Part shown: piece by piece, positions 38,703-48,251 of the stretch
Layout: the number at the start of each line of letters is the position of its first letter
Numbering within the stretch: position 1 is the stretch's first letter
NCBI GenBank assembly: GCA_963837955.1
Contig: CAWIPH010000002.1
Span: forward strand, 992,001 to 1,056,000
DNA length: 64,000 bases
Reading direction: 5' to 3'
Source: an uncultured Verrucomicrobiae bacterium
GTDB lineage: Bacteria > Verrucomicrobiota > Verrucomicrobiia > Chthoniobacterales > JAFAMB01
The notes under the pieces: generated by a model
Seen by the model: the letters and a program-made list of their open reading frames with translations, nothing else
The model's database searches: none
Told to the model about the DNA's origin: nothing
Made by a program: the position numbers and the translations under genes

Positions 38703-38723
38703 TCTCTACTAAATCAGTGGAGA
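38703..38723. promoter_or_regulatory. 8-5-8 imperfect palindrome, candidate Rrf2-family (CymR/IscR-like) operator
   Basis: TCTCTACT-AAATC-AGTGGAGA, adjacent to a minus-strand TTGAAT. Confidence 0.5.
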
Positions 38724-39205
38724 ATTCAAGAACTTTCTACAGAGATACCGAAAAATGGCAGACCAAGCAAAGGACCCTACGTTGGACCAGCGGCAAGATT
38801 TCGTGGCTAACGACAGGAAGGTAGAAGTGCAGAGTTACCCACTTTGAGACCATTTCATCAATGATGGTGTCGAAGCTGCAGCGATAAACGCCTGAGGATA
38901 GATCAGGGTGTACCCTAGGCACAAAATCTTGCAATCGGACTCCCTAGACCGCGGCAAGCAGTCTCGAGTTTACTCGCATGGATGGTTACCTATGGACTGG
39001 GTGCCAGCCAGAAAAACGGAGAGAGAGTTGGCATCCAGTCCGCGCACCTTGGACCGAAAAGTTGGTAATTTCTCGGTCCGGCGAAGCATCCAACACCGCT
39101 AGAGCTAGATGGTTTTCCTGTCTATGACTCTCCTAAGTGAGTTGTGAGCCGCCTCCTTAAATCTGGCTCACGCCCGTCGCCCCCTGAGGTCCGTATCTCG
39201 CTAAC

Positions 39206-39538
39206 TCATTTTGCGGCGGTTCGCTGCCTTGAAAATGACGATTTACGCGGGTTTTCGTTTCCCTCAAAGGATTGATATAGACGCCAAGCAGCAAATCCAA
39301 AGAGAATGGGAGTAGCCAGCGATAGCAATAGCCGAACTAAGTTCAGAAGGAGACTTCGGATAGCGTAAACTTGGAGTAATCCTCCGATCAAGAATGCGAT
39401 CAAGACAGATTCTCGGGGTGACTTGCGCACCCGTTCTTCTAGTTTGGTCAGGAAGCGGCTGATTGCATCCTCACCGGGTATATCCGAAGCAGTGGCTACA
39501 ACCGGGCCCTTTGTCGCGTGGTGTGATTCAGCGCTCAT
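39206..39538 (-). CDS. Small membrane protein (ElaB/DUF883-like C-terminal pattern)
   Basis: VRKSPRESVLIAFLIGGLL plus a second TM helix; ATGA-coupled to the upstream gene. Confidence 0.6.
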   Translation of the reverse strand: MSAESHHATKGPVVATASDIPGEDAISRFLTKLEERVRKSPRESVLIAFLIGGLLQVYAIRSLLLNLVRLLLSLATPILFGFAAWRLYQSFEGNENPRKSSFSRQRTAAK

Positions 39539-39936
39539 GAAAAAATGTCCCAAAAGCGACGAGGTTTAGTACGGAATTGGGAGATTATTCTTTCCAACGG
39601 TGTCTTCCGCAAGGAACTACCCAGAAATGAGCCGGTGGCGTTCAATCTTTCCCGTAAAGAGGAGGGCAGAGATGAGCTATGCTCCTCGATCCAGTTCTGC
39701 AATTCATGGGCAAACTTTTCTGTTCCGGTACGAGTATCAGCCTGATACTGACGGCCGATCAAGTATCCCACGGCGATTAGTGCAGCTGAGCCTCCGATTA
39801 CCAAAGGCACCCATGAACTGGCGGAAGGACGATAGTTTAGGATGTTTTTGCGGGTGTGCTCCAATGATTCCCCTGCATGGCGGGAACCATCTTGGGCCTC
39901 CGCTTCGAGCTGATTCTTCGATATTGGGTCCTGCAT
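39535..39936 (-). CDS. Hypothetical single-TM protein
   Basis: One central hydrophobic helix; divergent from the ECF sigma gene. Confidence 0.6.
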   Translation of the reverse strand: MQDPISKNQLEAEAQDGSRHAGESLEHTRKNILNYRPSASSWVPLVIGGSAALIAVGYLIGRQYQADTRTGTEKFAHELQNWIEEHSSSLPSSLRERLNATGSFLGSSLRKTPLERIISQFRTKPRRFWDIFS

Positions 39937-40144
39937 AAGTTGGTTAGACTACGATAAGGGCAAAGCGCTACTTTTAAAGCAGATCATCAAATCTATCCGG
40001 TATTGTTCGTAACGTCGTTAGCGGGCGGTTCTGTGAAAGCCGGATTCGTTTTGGTGCTTAAAGGAGGATTTTTTGCGCTCTTCTCTGATCTGGAAAGAGC
40101 GGAACCCCCGATAAGGCTACTCAGGATATTCTGAGTGCTGGATC

Positions 40145-40795
40145 ATGGTGGCGCCCGATTTCCAGGGAGCCGCGCTGAGTTACGCTTATCGGGTGAAATT
40201 AAATGCAGAACATTCGTGGAAGAAATCGACAGAGACAGCAACGGACGCAGAGTTAATGGCAGCCCTGCTTCGCAGAGATTCGCATGCTATGGAAGTGATT
40301 TACGGGCGCTACGAATCGACGCTTCGAGCCGTGATTCTCAGTGTTTTACACGAAGAGGGCGAAACCGATGACGTGCTTCACGACGTTTTTATCCAACTCT
40401 GGAATCGCGCTGATCGTTTTATCGCTGAAAAAGGATTGCACGGATTTCTGGTGACATTGGCCAGGAGACGGGCACTCGATCGTCTGCGTCGCAGGTTGGC
40501 CTACCGGAGAGCCACCGACCGCTTGGAGTTTCAAATGAAAGCGGAATTCCAAAACAAGATCGGAAAAGACAGCGTAAAGCCGGCGGTTTTCGATTTGCGC
40601 GAACTACTTTGGCGAATGATTCGTTCGCTACCGGAGCCGCAGCAGGAGGTCGTGCAGTTGACGTTTTTCGAAGGCATGAGTCAGCGCGAAATCGCCGCTC
40701 GGAAGTCTATCGCTCTGGGTACGGTCAAAACCAGATTGCAATTGGCTCAGAAGAAGCTGTTTAACCTGCTCATACCGATCCAAAAAAAGATCTGA
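40145..40795 (+). CDS. ECF sigma-70 factor (start uncertain)
   Basis: DDVLHDVFIQLW, LARRRALDRLR, LPEPQQEVV and EGMSQREIA..LGTVKTR motifs. Confidence 0.93.
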   Translation: MVAPDFQGAALSYAYRVKLNAEHSWKKSTETATDAELMAALLRRDSHAMEVIYGRYESTLRAVILSVLHEEGETDDVLHDVFIQLWNRADRFIAEKGLHGFLVTLARRRALDRLRRRLAYRRATDRLEFQMKAEFQNKIGKDSVKPAVFDLRELLWRMIRSLPEPQQEVVQLTFFEGMSQREIAARKSIALGTVKTRLQLAQKKLFNLLIPIQKKI

Positions 40796-40847
40796 TTGAT
40801 CGCTGATCAACAAGAGGTCGCGAAGACGGATTTTCCAACAGGAGATC

Positions 40848-40916
40848 GTAGCCTGATGCTGCGCCTCTGGAGATTGGCGCGCCTTGGATTCCTGAGGCGG
40901 AGCATCAGCGCTACTC
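40848..40916. repeat. REP-like doublet (family D)
   Basis: GTAGCCTGATGCTGCGCCTC...GAGGCGGAGCATCAGCGCTAC, located between convergent genes. Confidence 0.8.
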
Positions 40917-40918
40917 GC

Positions 40919-41608
40919 CTACGCGAGCTCCTGGTGAGTCACCCAGTCGATGGCAAAACGCACCATCTCACTGGCGTCCGCAACGCCTAGCTTTTCTTTG
41001 ATGTGAGCTCGATGAGTCTCGATTGTCTTGATGCTAAGATTCAGATCTTTGGCGATTGACTTAGTGTTATGCCCTTTCCCCAGCATCACTAGAACTTCCA
41101 GTTCGCGATCCGAGAGTCGATCAACTGGAGAAAGAGAACCGGAATCTGTTCCGTGCACCGCCTTAAAAATGAGTTTTTCGCCGAAGCGCGGGCTGACAAA
41201 AATACGCCCGGCTAGGACGCACCGCACGGCACTGATGACATGTTGGAGGGCTTCGGCTTTCATCACGTAGCCAAGCGCTCCAGCCTTCAGTGCGCGCAAG
41301 GCATAAAGCGACTCATCGTGCATTGATAGGACAAGGATTGCGAGGTCACGTGCCTCGGCCTTCATCTGCTTTACCAACTCGATGCCGTTGGAGCCGTTTA
41401 TCGATACATCAATGATGGCCAAATCCGGACGAAGCGATCGCATTTGCGACAAGGCGATTGGAGCGGAATCTGCATGACCGCAAACCGCGAGATCGTCCTG
41501 TTTTTTCAACAGATCTTCGAGGCCGTGTCGAAAAATCGGGTGATCATCGACTAGCAAAACCCGTTTCTTAGCTTTTTCAGTTGGCGCCGCTTTGGCCTGT
41601 TCCTTCAT
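40919..41608 (-). CDS. NarL/LuxR-family response regulator
   Basis: LVDDHPIFR, DLAIIDVS, LSMHDE, LSDRELEV and KTIETHRAHIKEKL motifs. Confidence 0.95.
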   Translation of the reverse strand: MKEQAKAAPTEKAKKRVLLVDDHPIFRHGLEDLLKKQDDLAVCGHADSAPIALSQMRSLRPDLAIIDVSINGSNGIELVKQMKAEARDLAILVLSMHDESLYALRALKAGALGYVMKAEALQHVISAVRCVLAGRIFVSPRFGEKLIFKAVHGTDSGSLSPVDRLSDRELEVLVMLGKGHNTKSIAKDLNLSIKTIETHRAHIKEKLGVADASEMVRFAIDWVTHQELA

Positions 41609-41731
41609 CACGGGGGATAGTTACACTTTCTTCTCTTTTAAGGCCCACGTAAAGCCAGCTCTTGTTTGGGCTATGTCTTTCCGGCTGATTGAAGAGACGC
41701 TCGGGGTCTTGAGGTGCTCCGGATCGGACGG

Positions 41732-42547
41732 TTATAGCAGGAGCCGGTGAAACAATTGGTCGAGCGGTAATTGTAAGCCGAGAAAAAAATCGCCGAATTC
41801 TGCAAATCGGGCGCTCACTTCATCGAAACGCATTTCGTATACGATCGATTTTATCTCGAAGACATCCTGCGCGAATAGCGTCACGCCCCATTCCCAATCG
41901 TCCAGTCCAGTCGCGCCAGTGATTAGCTGGCGCACTCTGCCGGCGTATTGGCGACCAACTTGACCATGGCCGGCCATTAACTTTTTCCGTTCGGCGAACG
42001 GCAACGCGTACCAATTATTGTCTTCGTCCCGACGCTTGCTCATGGGATAGAAGCAAAAGACCGGCCAATCCGGCAAGTTCGGATAAAGGCGATCATGTAG
42101 ATATTTTTCCATCCGTTTCCGGAAGTCTTCGGTCGCCTGGGAATATTCGACAGAATCTTTACTCAACTGTTTCTCGCTGAGCGAGGCGGCAAATTCTTCC
42201 TCGGTTGTAGTGTATTCGCTTCGTTCGGTAAGCGAGTAAAAGCTGAAAGCAGGCGTGAAAATTTCTGGCCCGAGTGCAATGGAAAGCCTTTTCTCTGCGG
42301 CATTCGCGGTGTGCAAATCTTCGGTCAAGAGCATAAAGCCCAGATCCGCTTTGGGAGAAACCATGCTAAAGGTCAGAAGCTGGGTAGTTGGGAAAGCCCG
42401 GATTTCCTGGACCAATTCCGCGAACGATGTCTTGGCTGCTAGCTTTTCTTCCTTGCTCAAGAGGTGCCAGGAGCCGTAATCGATCCGATAAAATAGATGG
42501 AGAACATGCCAGCCTTCCTTGGGTTGCAGAGTCGGTCTATTGGTCAT
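41732..42547 (-). CDS. hemQ: Coproheme decarboxylase (chlorite dismutase family)
   Basis: EGWHVLH, CFYPMSKRR, NWYALP, HG..GR.YAG and GLDDWEWGVTLF motifs. Confidence 0.85.
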   Translation of the reverse strand: MTNRPTLQPKEGWHVLHLFYRIDYGSWHLLSKEEKLAAKTSFAELVQEIRAFPTTQLLTFSMVSPKADLGFMLLTEDLHTANAAEKRLSIALGPEIFTPAFSFYSLTERSEYTTTEEEFAASLSEKQLSKDSVEYSQATEDFRKRMEKYLHDRLYPNLPDWPVFCFYPMSKRRDEDNNWYALPFAERKKLMAGHGQVGRQYAGRVRQLITGATGLDDWEWGVTLFAQDVFEIKSIVYEMRFDEVSARFAEFGDFFLGLQLPLDQLFHRLLL

Positions 42548-42794
42548 AAATCGAGAAAAATCGAATTGGAATCCAGTTTCCTACGGCGAAGCCGGAATGT
42601 CGAACGGTTGCTCTGCGAGAAATTCCATTAGGGGGCGCGGATCCGGACATTTGAAACGAATGGGTGCTTGTGCAGGTGCAATTGAGTCGCAACTTGCAGT
42701 GTTGGGCGCAATAGTTAGATTAGCCAGCTTCGATAGAGGAGGGTGTGCCTTAGGGCGCGACTCGATCGATTCAACCGAACGAGGGTCAGGACCT

Positions 42795-43028
42795 ATGGCA
42801 GATGTTGCAAATAAATACCCGCAAAACGTAGCAGGAAAGTTTTACGTCGACGATCAATGCATCGATTGTGATCTGTGCCGGGAAACCGCGCCGGCGAACT
42901 TTACCCGCGACGATGATGGGGGGCATTCGTACGTTTTTAAACAACCCACGACCCCGGAAGAAGAGGGGCTCTGCAAGGAAGCGATGGAAGGGTGCCCGGT
43001 TGAAGCGATCGGAAGCGACGGCGAATAG
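42795..43028 (+). CDS. Ferredoxin
   Basis: FYVDDQCIDCDLC...CPVEAIG. Confidence 0.93.
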   Translation: MADVANKYPQNVAGKFYVDDQCIDCDLCRETAPANFTRDDDGGHSYVFKQPTTPEEEGLCKEAMEGCPVEAIGSDGE

Positions 43029-43094
43029 CAACTGGCGGACCCCTTTGGATTGCGGAATGGGCAGGCTCTGACAATTCTGCTCGGCTGTTGCTGC

Positions 43095-43454
43095 ATGAAG
43101 AAATCCTCTCGCAGACGAGCGTTAGAAGAATGGAGAGGATTACCCGACCCGGAGACGAAACCGGACCGCGCAGTTTTAGTCCGCGATGTGTTGGCTCAAT
43201 TAGCGCCCAAACTTGGTTTGGAGAGCCGCCTCCGGGAAGAGGAGATCTTAGCGGCTTGGGGAGAAGTAGTCGGTCCATTTTTCGCCCAACATTCACGCCC
43301 AACCAAATTGATACAGGGCGTCCTGCTGGTCCAGGTGCTTCAGCCGACCGTTCTCTATGAACTTGATCGGCAATGGAAATCAATGGTGCTCCAGAAACTG
43401 AAGGCTAGGTTTGGGGGACGACTGATCAAGGATGTGAGATTTCGACTCGGCTGA
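43095..43454 (+). CDS. DUF721 / DciA family protein
   Basis: AAWGEVVGPFFAQHSRP, GVLLVQV and IKDVRFR motifs. Confidence 0.8.
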   Translation: MKKSSRRRALEEWRGLPDPETKPDRAVLVRDVLAQLAPKLGLESRLREEEILAAWGEVVGPFFAQHSRPTKLIQGVLLVQVLQPTVLYELDRQWKSMVLQKLKARFGGRLIKDVRFRLG

Positions 43455-43508
43455 GCATGAGACTACTGATCAAGGATGTGAGATTTCGACTCGGCTGAGC
43501 ATGAGACT
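43421..43508 (+). repeat. Perfect 44-bp tandem duplication across the DUF721 stop / folB start
   Basis: ACTGATCAAGGATGTGAGATTTCGACTCGGCTGAGCATGAGACT at 43421 and 43465. Confidence 0.95.
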
Positions 43509-43881
43509 AGCGGAGACAAGCCCGGAATGGTTCGAAATCGTGAACCTACGAGTGCCTACTCATATCGGAGTTCCTGATACGGAACGGTCCTATCCACAGA
43601 CGATCGCATTTAATGTTCGGTTTCAAATCTGGCCAGCATTTCGTGACCTTCGTGACGAAATCGAGCAAACGGTAGATTACTCAGCAGTCGCGGCGGAGAT
43701 CAGGACGATGGCTGAGCAAAACCGAGCACAACTGATCGAGACATTGGTTGGGGAAGTGGCAGACCGATTGATGACGCGATTTCCTTTGTCACGGGTAGAG
43801 GTGGAACTTAAGAAGTTCGTCTTGCCAGATGCCGAGTATGTCAGCGTGAGGACTGTGCGAACCGCGCGAGCCGAGCGCTGA
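43501..43881 (+). CDS. folB: Dihydroneopterin aldolase
   Basis: HIGVPDTER, TVDYSAV, LIETL and VELKK motifs. Confidence 0.88.
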   Translation: MRLAETSPEWFEIVNLRVPTHIGVPDTERSYPQTIAFNVRFQIWPAFRDLRDEIEQTVDYSAVAAEIRTMAEQNRAQLIETLVGEVADRLMTRFPLSRVEVELKKFVLPDAEYVSVRTVRTARAER

Positions 43882-43902
43882 GAATTGCTGAAGCCGAAGC
43901 TC

Positions 43903-44077
43903 GGTAGGGCGAAAACCTCGTCCGGCAGGCGCCGGACGGGTTTGAGCCGCGTGTTGGATAGATCTTTCTAGTTGCGATCATCGCCGCGCGTGAAGATGGG
44001 AAGAGCACAGGCATAGGGAGGAACCATGAACGGCTCAAGCCGATCCCGCTGAGACGGTATCAGGCTTTCGCCCTACC
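43903..44077. repeat. REPIN-like element (family A)
   Basis: GGTAGGGCGAAA...TTTCGCCCTACC; the right arm is the reverse complement of ~7399-7450. Confidence 0.88.
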
Positions 44078-44086
44078 GATCTTGGG

Positions 44087-44722
44087 CTACACCCAGCGCA
44101 AACTTCGTACAACCTCTCCGAAATCCGCCTGACCGTAGGCCAGGCAGATGGGCGGAACAGGGGAAAGGTGAGCAAGCATGCCTGGATTGGTCTGTTGAGC
44201 TAGCGACTCGCTTTCATCCGTCTGGTTGAGAATCACTGCGCTCAACGTTAGCTCGCGTCCTCGGATGGCTTCCACGGTCAATAAAGTGTGGTTGAGAGCA
44301 CCTAATCTGTTTGCGACGACCAAAATGATCCCAAGTTCCCATTCGGCAGCAAGATCCCGGAAATCGTAACGATCCAGGATTGGAACTAATAGGCCGCCGG
44401 CGCCTTCGACCAGGATGATTTCGAACTCCTTCGCCAGCGCGGAATAGCTCTGTTGTGCTCCCTGAATATCAACGACCCTATTTTCAATCAAAGCAGCAGC
44501 GTAAGGGGCGAGCGGAGCACGGAACCAGACAGGATTTATCCGATGCTGAGGCAAGGGATAACCGTTCGCCTCAACGATTTTATCTACGTCCTCTGGATCG
44601 CCGGTACAAAACGGCTTCATTCCAATGCAGCGTTTTCCCAGCACTTGGGCTGTGCGGATCAATCCACAAGTGACAAAAGTCTTGCCAACCCCGGTATCGG
44701 TTCCGGTGACCAAATAATTCAT
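44087..44722 (-). CDS. bioD: Dethiobiotin synthetase
   Basis: TGTDTGVGKT, MKPF, VEGAGGLLVP and LGALNHTLLT motifs. Confidence 0.95.
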   Translation of the reverse strand: MNYLVTGTDTGVGKTFVTCGLIRTAQVLGKRCIGMKPFCTGDPEDVDKIVEANGYPLPQHRINPVWFRAPLAPYAAALIENRVVDIQGAQQSYSALAKEFEIILVEGAGGLLVPILDRYDFRDLAAEWELGIILVVANRLGALNHTLLTVEAIRGRELTLSAVILNQTDESESLAQQTNPGMLAHLSPVPPICLAYGQADFGEVVRSLRWV

Positions 44723-46068
44723 GAGCGAAGAGCGGCCTCGATCTCCTGCTGGATATCGTTCGCCAACCTTTTCAGAGTCCCATGATCTGGTCCTTCCAGC
44801 AGCAAACGAGCCTTAGGCTCGGTGCCTGAGTATCGGAGGACGACTCGCCCCGAGCCAGCTAGTATCGTCTCGGCGGACCTCAACTGTTTCATGATCGCAG
44901 GAAATTGCTCGAACGGCAGCTTCTCGCGCACCGGGATGTTGCGCTGTTCCTGAGGAAATTTTTCCAAGATAGTTCGTAGCTCGCTTAAGCGTTTTCCACT
45001 CGCTTCCATGATCGAAAGAATTTGCAGGGCGCTAATTAGTCCGTCGCCGGTAGTGACGAAATCTCTGAAAATAAGATGGCCGCTTTGCTCTCCGCCAAAA
45101 TTCAAATCGTTCTTCCGCATCATTTCGATCACGTGCCGGTCACCCACTGCGGTTCGTAGAACCTTGCCGCCCAATCGATTCAGCAGAGCGTCCAGGCCGA
45201 AATTGCTCATGATCGTTGCTACGAGCGTATTAGCCCGCAGTTCACCCCTCTTTACTAGGTAAGCTGCGGCAATGGCCAGCAGCTCGTCACCATCCAACGG
45301 GTTGCCGAGCTCATCGCAAAACAGCAATCGATCTGCGTCTCCGTCGTGGGCTATGCCGAGTATTGACCCGCTGTTTCGGACTAAGGTGCCAAGAGCCTCC
45401 GGGTGCATACTTCCACAATCCTGATTAATGTTCGTTCCGTCAGGTTCTCCAGCCAAGATTTTCAGATCTGCCCCAAGGCGATCGAGGGTTAGAGGAGTGG
45501 TGCGAAAAGCTGCGCCATTTGCCAAATCAATCGCGATCTTCCAACCCCGCAGCGAAAAGCCTTTTGGGGCAGTCGCCAAGGCAAACGTGACGTACCTTTC
45601 ACTCGCATCGGTGACAGTTCGAATCCGACCGATGCGCGAGGTTGGTGCGAATTTCTTCTGCCAGAACGCGCTCTCGATAGCGGATTCTTGATCGTCCGTC
45701 AGCTTGTAACCGTCTGGACCGAAAAACTTGATGCCATTATAACGAAACGGATTGTGCGAAGCAGAGACCACTATCCCAAACGACGCTTGAAATTGAGGCG
45801 TGAGATAGGCGATCGCCGGGGTCGGAAGCACGCCCGTCTGAACGACCTCAACGCCGGCGGCAGCCAACCCAGCACTGATAGCGGCTTCCAGAAATTCACC
45901 GGAGGCCCGGGTGTCTCGGCCTACTAGAGCCTTAGGCTGGCCGGAAAGAGTCGGGTCGCCGAGAATCTTGGCGGCAGCCAGCCCCAGATTTACTACGGAA
46001 CCCGCAGTCAGCGGTTCTGAATTCGCTTCTCCCCGAATGCCATCGGTTCCAAACAACTTGTGTGACAC
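44719..46068 (-). CDS. glmM: Phosphoglucosamine mutase
   Basis: LFGTDGIRG, SASHNP, DGDADR, GGEQSGH and RYSGTEP motifs; probable GTG start. Confidence 0.95.
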   Translation of the reverse strand: MSHKLFGTDGIRGEANSEPLTAGSVVNLGLAAAKILGDPTLSGQPKALVGRDTRASGEFLEAAISAGLAAAGVEVVQTGVLPTPAIAYLTPQFQASFGIVVSASHNPFRYNGIKFFGPDGYKLTDDQESAIESAFWQKKFAPTSRIGRIRTVTDASERYVTFALATAPKGFSLRGWKIAIDLANGAAFRTTPLTLDRLGADLKILAGEPDGTNINQDCGSMHPEALGTLVRNSGSILGIAHDGDADRLLFCDELGNPLDGDELLAIAAAYLVKRGELRANTLVATIMSNFGLDALLNRLGGKVLRTAVGDRHVIEMMRKNDLNFGGEQSGHLIFRDFVTTGDGLISALQILSIMEASGKRLSELRTILEKFPQEQRNIPVREKLPFEQFPAIMKQLRSAETILAGSGRVVLRYSGTEPKARLLLEGPDHGTLKRLANDIQQEIEAALRS

Positions 46069-46168
46069 ATACGCAAACTTGACGGGGGGGCAGCGGAAGC
46101 GCAATCGGAAAACAGAGTCCAGAATTTAGAACCGAGCATCTAGAAGGTGCCGTACCCAGGAGATGGAT

Positions 46169-46291
46169 GCGGCTCATGCAAAGCGTTTGCCCGACCGGTC
46201 AGGGGTGTTGCCCCAGCGTTGGTAGGGCGAAAATTTATTTGAGCCGGGAAACCCCTGAGCGGCTCACGCAAAGCGTTCGCCCTACCGATCA
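46169..46291. repeat. Cluster of short family A REP variants
   Basis: GGTAGGGCGAAA..TTGAGCCG and two inverted GCGGCTCA..GCAAAGCGTT(C/T)GCCC(T/G)ACCG copies. Confidence 0.7.
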
Positions 46292-46458
46292 GGGCTTTTG
46301 TATGTTTACGCTCTTGTGGCGTTCCGGTGGCATAGGCCATCCCTCCGGAGTCGAATCCTGATTTTTCTTGATCAGGTACCAGACCGCCGCGGCTACAACG
46401 AGGGACATCAGTTTGGCTCTCCAATTTTCGAGAAGGAGGCGCCTCAGCAGCTTATTCA

Positions 46459-47265
46459 CTAAGCATTCTTCTCCGTTTCAATAAGCTCTTCTTCCTCATT
46501 TGAGTTCTCGTTCCCCCGGAGTAGGAGTTCGGCCAGGCGCTTTTCAAAATGGCCCGGCTTAACTCCGCGCTCGAACTTACCGCGGTGGCAGATTGATACG
46601 CTACCGGTTTCCTCGGACACAACAATAGCGATGGCGTCTGATTCTTCGGTAATGCCGAGCCCTGCTCGGTGCCGTAATCCAAGCGTCCGATCCAAATCTT
46701 CACGTTGGCTAACGGGGAAGATGCAGGCCGCAGCAATGATACGATCGTCCCGAATAATAATGCCACCATCGTGCAGAGGCGTTTTCGGGAAGAAAATGGT
46801 AAGCAGCAGTTCCTGTGAAATTTCGCAATCCAGATTCACACCGCTTTCGGCAAAGCTGCGAATCCCGGTGTCGCGCTCGATGGCAATCAATGCGCCGAGT
46901 TGCTTATTGGCGAGTTCAAAGACTGCATCTGCGAGGATATCGATCGTTTCTCGCTTCTGGGTGGCGGACGCAAAAAAATGATTGCTGCCGAGTTCCGCCA
47001 GCGCGCGGCGCAATTCGGGTTGGAAGATGACGACGAGCGCAACGGCTATGAAAGCCGTCAAACTTCGAAGTAGCCAACTGATTACGGTCAGATTGAGGAT
47101 TTGAGAAACGAGGGTAAGAAAGATGAAAAGGATAGCTAAACCAGTGAAGACCTTAGCGCCTCGGGTGCCCCGGAAGTAGAGATAGCCATAATAGATGCTA
47201 ACGGCGATCAGCAGAATCTCGATCGCTGCCGTCCAATTATCGCTCACAAATCGAAGGAAGGTCAT
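46459..47265 (-). CDS. dacA: Diadenylate cyclase (CdaA/DacA type)
   Basis: Three N-terminal TM helices, IFQPELRRAL, TPLHDGG, GLRHRAG and VSEETG motifs. Confidence 0.93.
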   Translation of the reverse strand: MTFLRFVSDNWTAAIEILLIAVSIYYGYLYFRGTRGAKVFTGLAILFIFLTLVSQILNLTVISWLLRSLTAFIAVALVVIFQPELRRALAELGSNHFFASATQKRETIDILADAVFELANKQLGALIAIERDTGIRSFAESGVNLDCEISQELLLTIFFPKTPLHDGGIIIRDDRIIAAACIFPVSQREDLDRTLGLRHRAGLGITEESDAIAIVVSEETGSVSICHRGKFERGVKPGHFEKRLAELLLRGNENSNEEEELIETEKNA

Positions 47266-48107
47266 AGAACGGCAATTGCTTCCGTCATGCGGAGCGCCTC
47301 CAGATTGGCTTGAACATCGTGTACCCGCAACACCTGCGCGCCGCCCAGGCGTAGTAAGCAGGTGGTGGCAACGGTTGGCCAAAGCCGCTCCGAAAACGGA
47401 AGCTTTGGCTCTCCCGAGAGTCGAGCCAAGGTCGACTTGCGAGAAATGCCCACGACCGTCGGGCTGCCCAGAGCGGCCACAGCGTTGAGTCGCCGGATCA
47501 AACGGACGTTATCTTGATCTCGCTTGCCAAAACCGAAGCCCGGATCGAGCGCGATGCGATCGAACTCTACGCCGTGACTACAGGCGAACGTTCGGCGTTC
47601 TTCCAGAAAATTCGTTACTTCGGCAACCACGTCTCGATAGTGCGGGGCGGTTTGCATTGTCTTTGGCGTGCCCTGCATATGCATTAAGACGACGCCAGCG
47701 CCGGTTTCTTTCACTACTTTCACCATCTCCGGATCACCGCGCAGAGCGGTGATGTCGTTGATAATATCTGCGCCAGCTTCAATCGCCTGGCGAGCGGTTT
47801 CTGCCTTGTAGGTGTCAATCGAGAGGATCACTTCCGGAAACTCCCGGTGCAGTTGGTGAACGACCGGAAGCACTCGACGTAATTCCTCTTCCAACGGAAC
47901 CGGATCGGCGTCTGGGCGGGTCGATTCGCCCCCGATATCCAAAATGGCCGCGCCTTCGGCCACGAGGCGACGGGCCTGCTTCACCGCCTGCTCCGGCTCG
48001 AAAAACGCGCCGCCGTCGGAAAAAGAATCCGGCGTGATATTGAGCACAGCCATCAACTGAGCCTGGCGCTCCAGGCTCAATGTCCGTTGTCTTGCTCGCC
48101 AAATCAT
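47262..48107 (-). CDS. folP: Dihydropteroate synthase
   Basis: LNITPDSFSDGG, DIGGESTRP, DPGFGFGK, SRKS and RVHDV motifs. Confidence 0.96.
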   Translation of the reverse strand: MIWRARQRTLSLERQAQLMAVLNITPDSFSDGGAFFEPEQAVKQARRLVAEGAAILDIGGESTRPDADPVPLEEELRRVLPVVHQLHREFPEVILSIDTYKAETARQAIEAGADIINDITALRGDPEMVKVVKETGAGVVLMHMQGTPKTMQTAPHYRDVVAEVTNFLEERRTFACSHGVEFDRIALDPGFGFGKRDQDNVRLIRRLNAVAALGSPTVVGISRKSTLARLSGEPKLPFSERLWPTVATTCLLRLGGAQVLRVHDVQANLEALRMTEAIAVL

Positions 48108-48182
48108 TGCTCCAGTCACAAAGGGGTCATGAAGGGTTCAGCCATAGGCTCATCGTGGTGGGACGGCGTTTAGCAAAACAAG

Positions 48183-48216
48183 AAAAAAGGGCCGGCATTT
48201 GCTGCCGGCCCTTTTT
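48183..48216 (-). terminator. Intrinsic terminator downstream of clpC
   Basis: AAAAAAGGGCCGGCA-TTTGC-TGCCGGCCCTTTTT. Confidence 0.85.
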
Positions 48217-48251
48217 AACAACCGTGATTGGGATAAAGACTAGACAGGGCA

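Noticed and set aside
42519..42794. N-terminal extension of the ferredoxin ORF
   Set aside because: It overlaps the divergent hemQ start and promoter region; an SD-like AGGA precedes ATG 42795.
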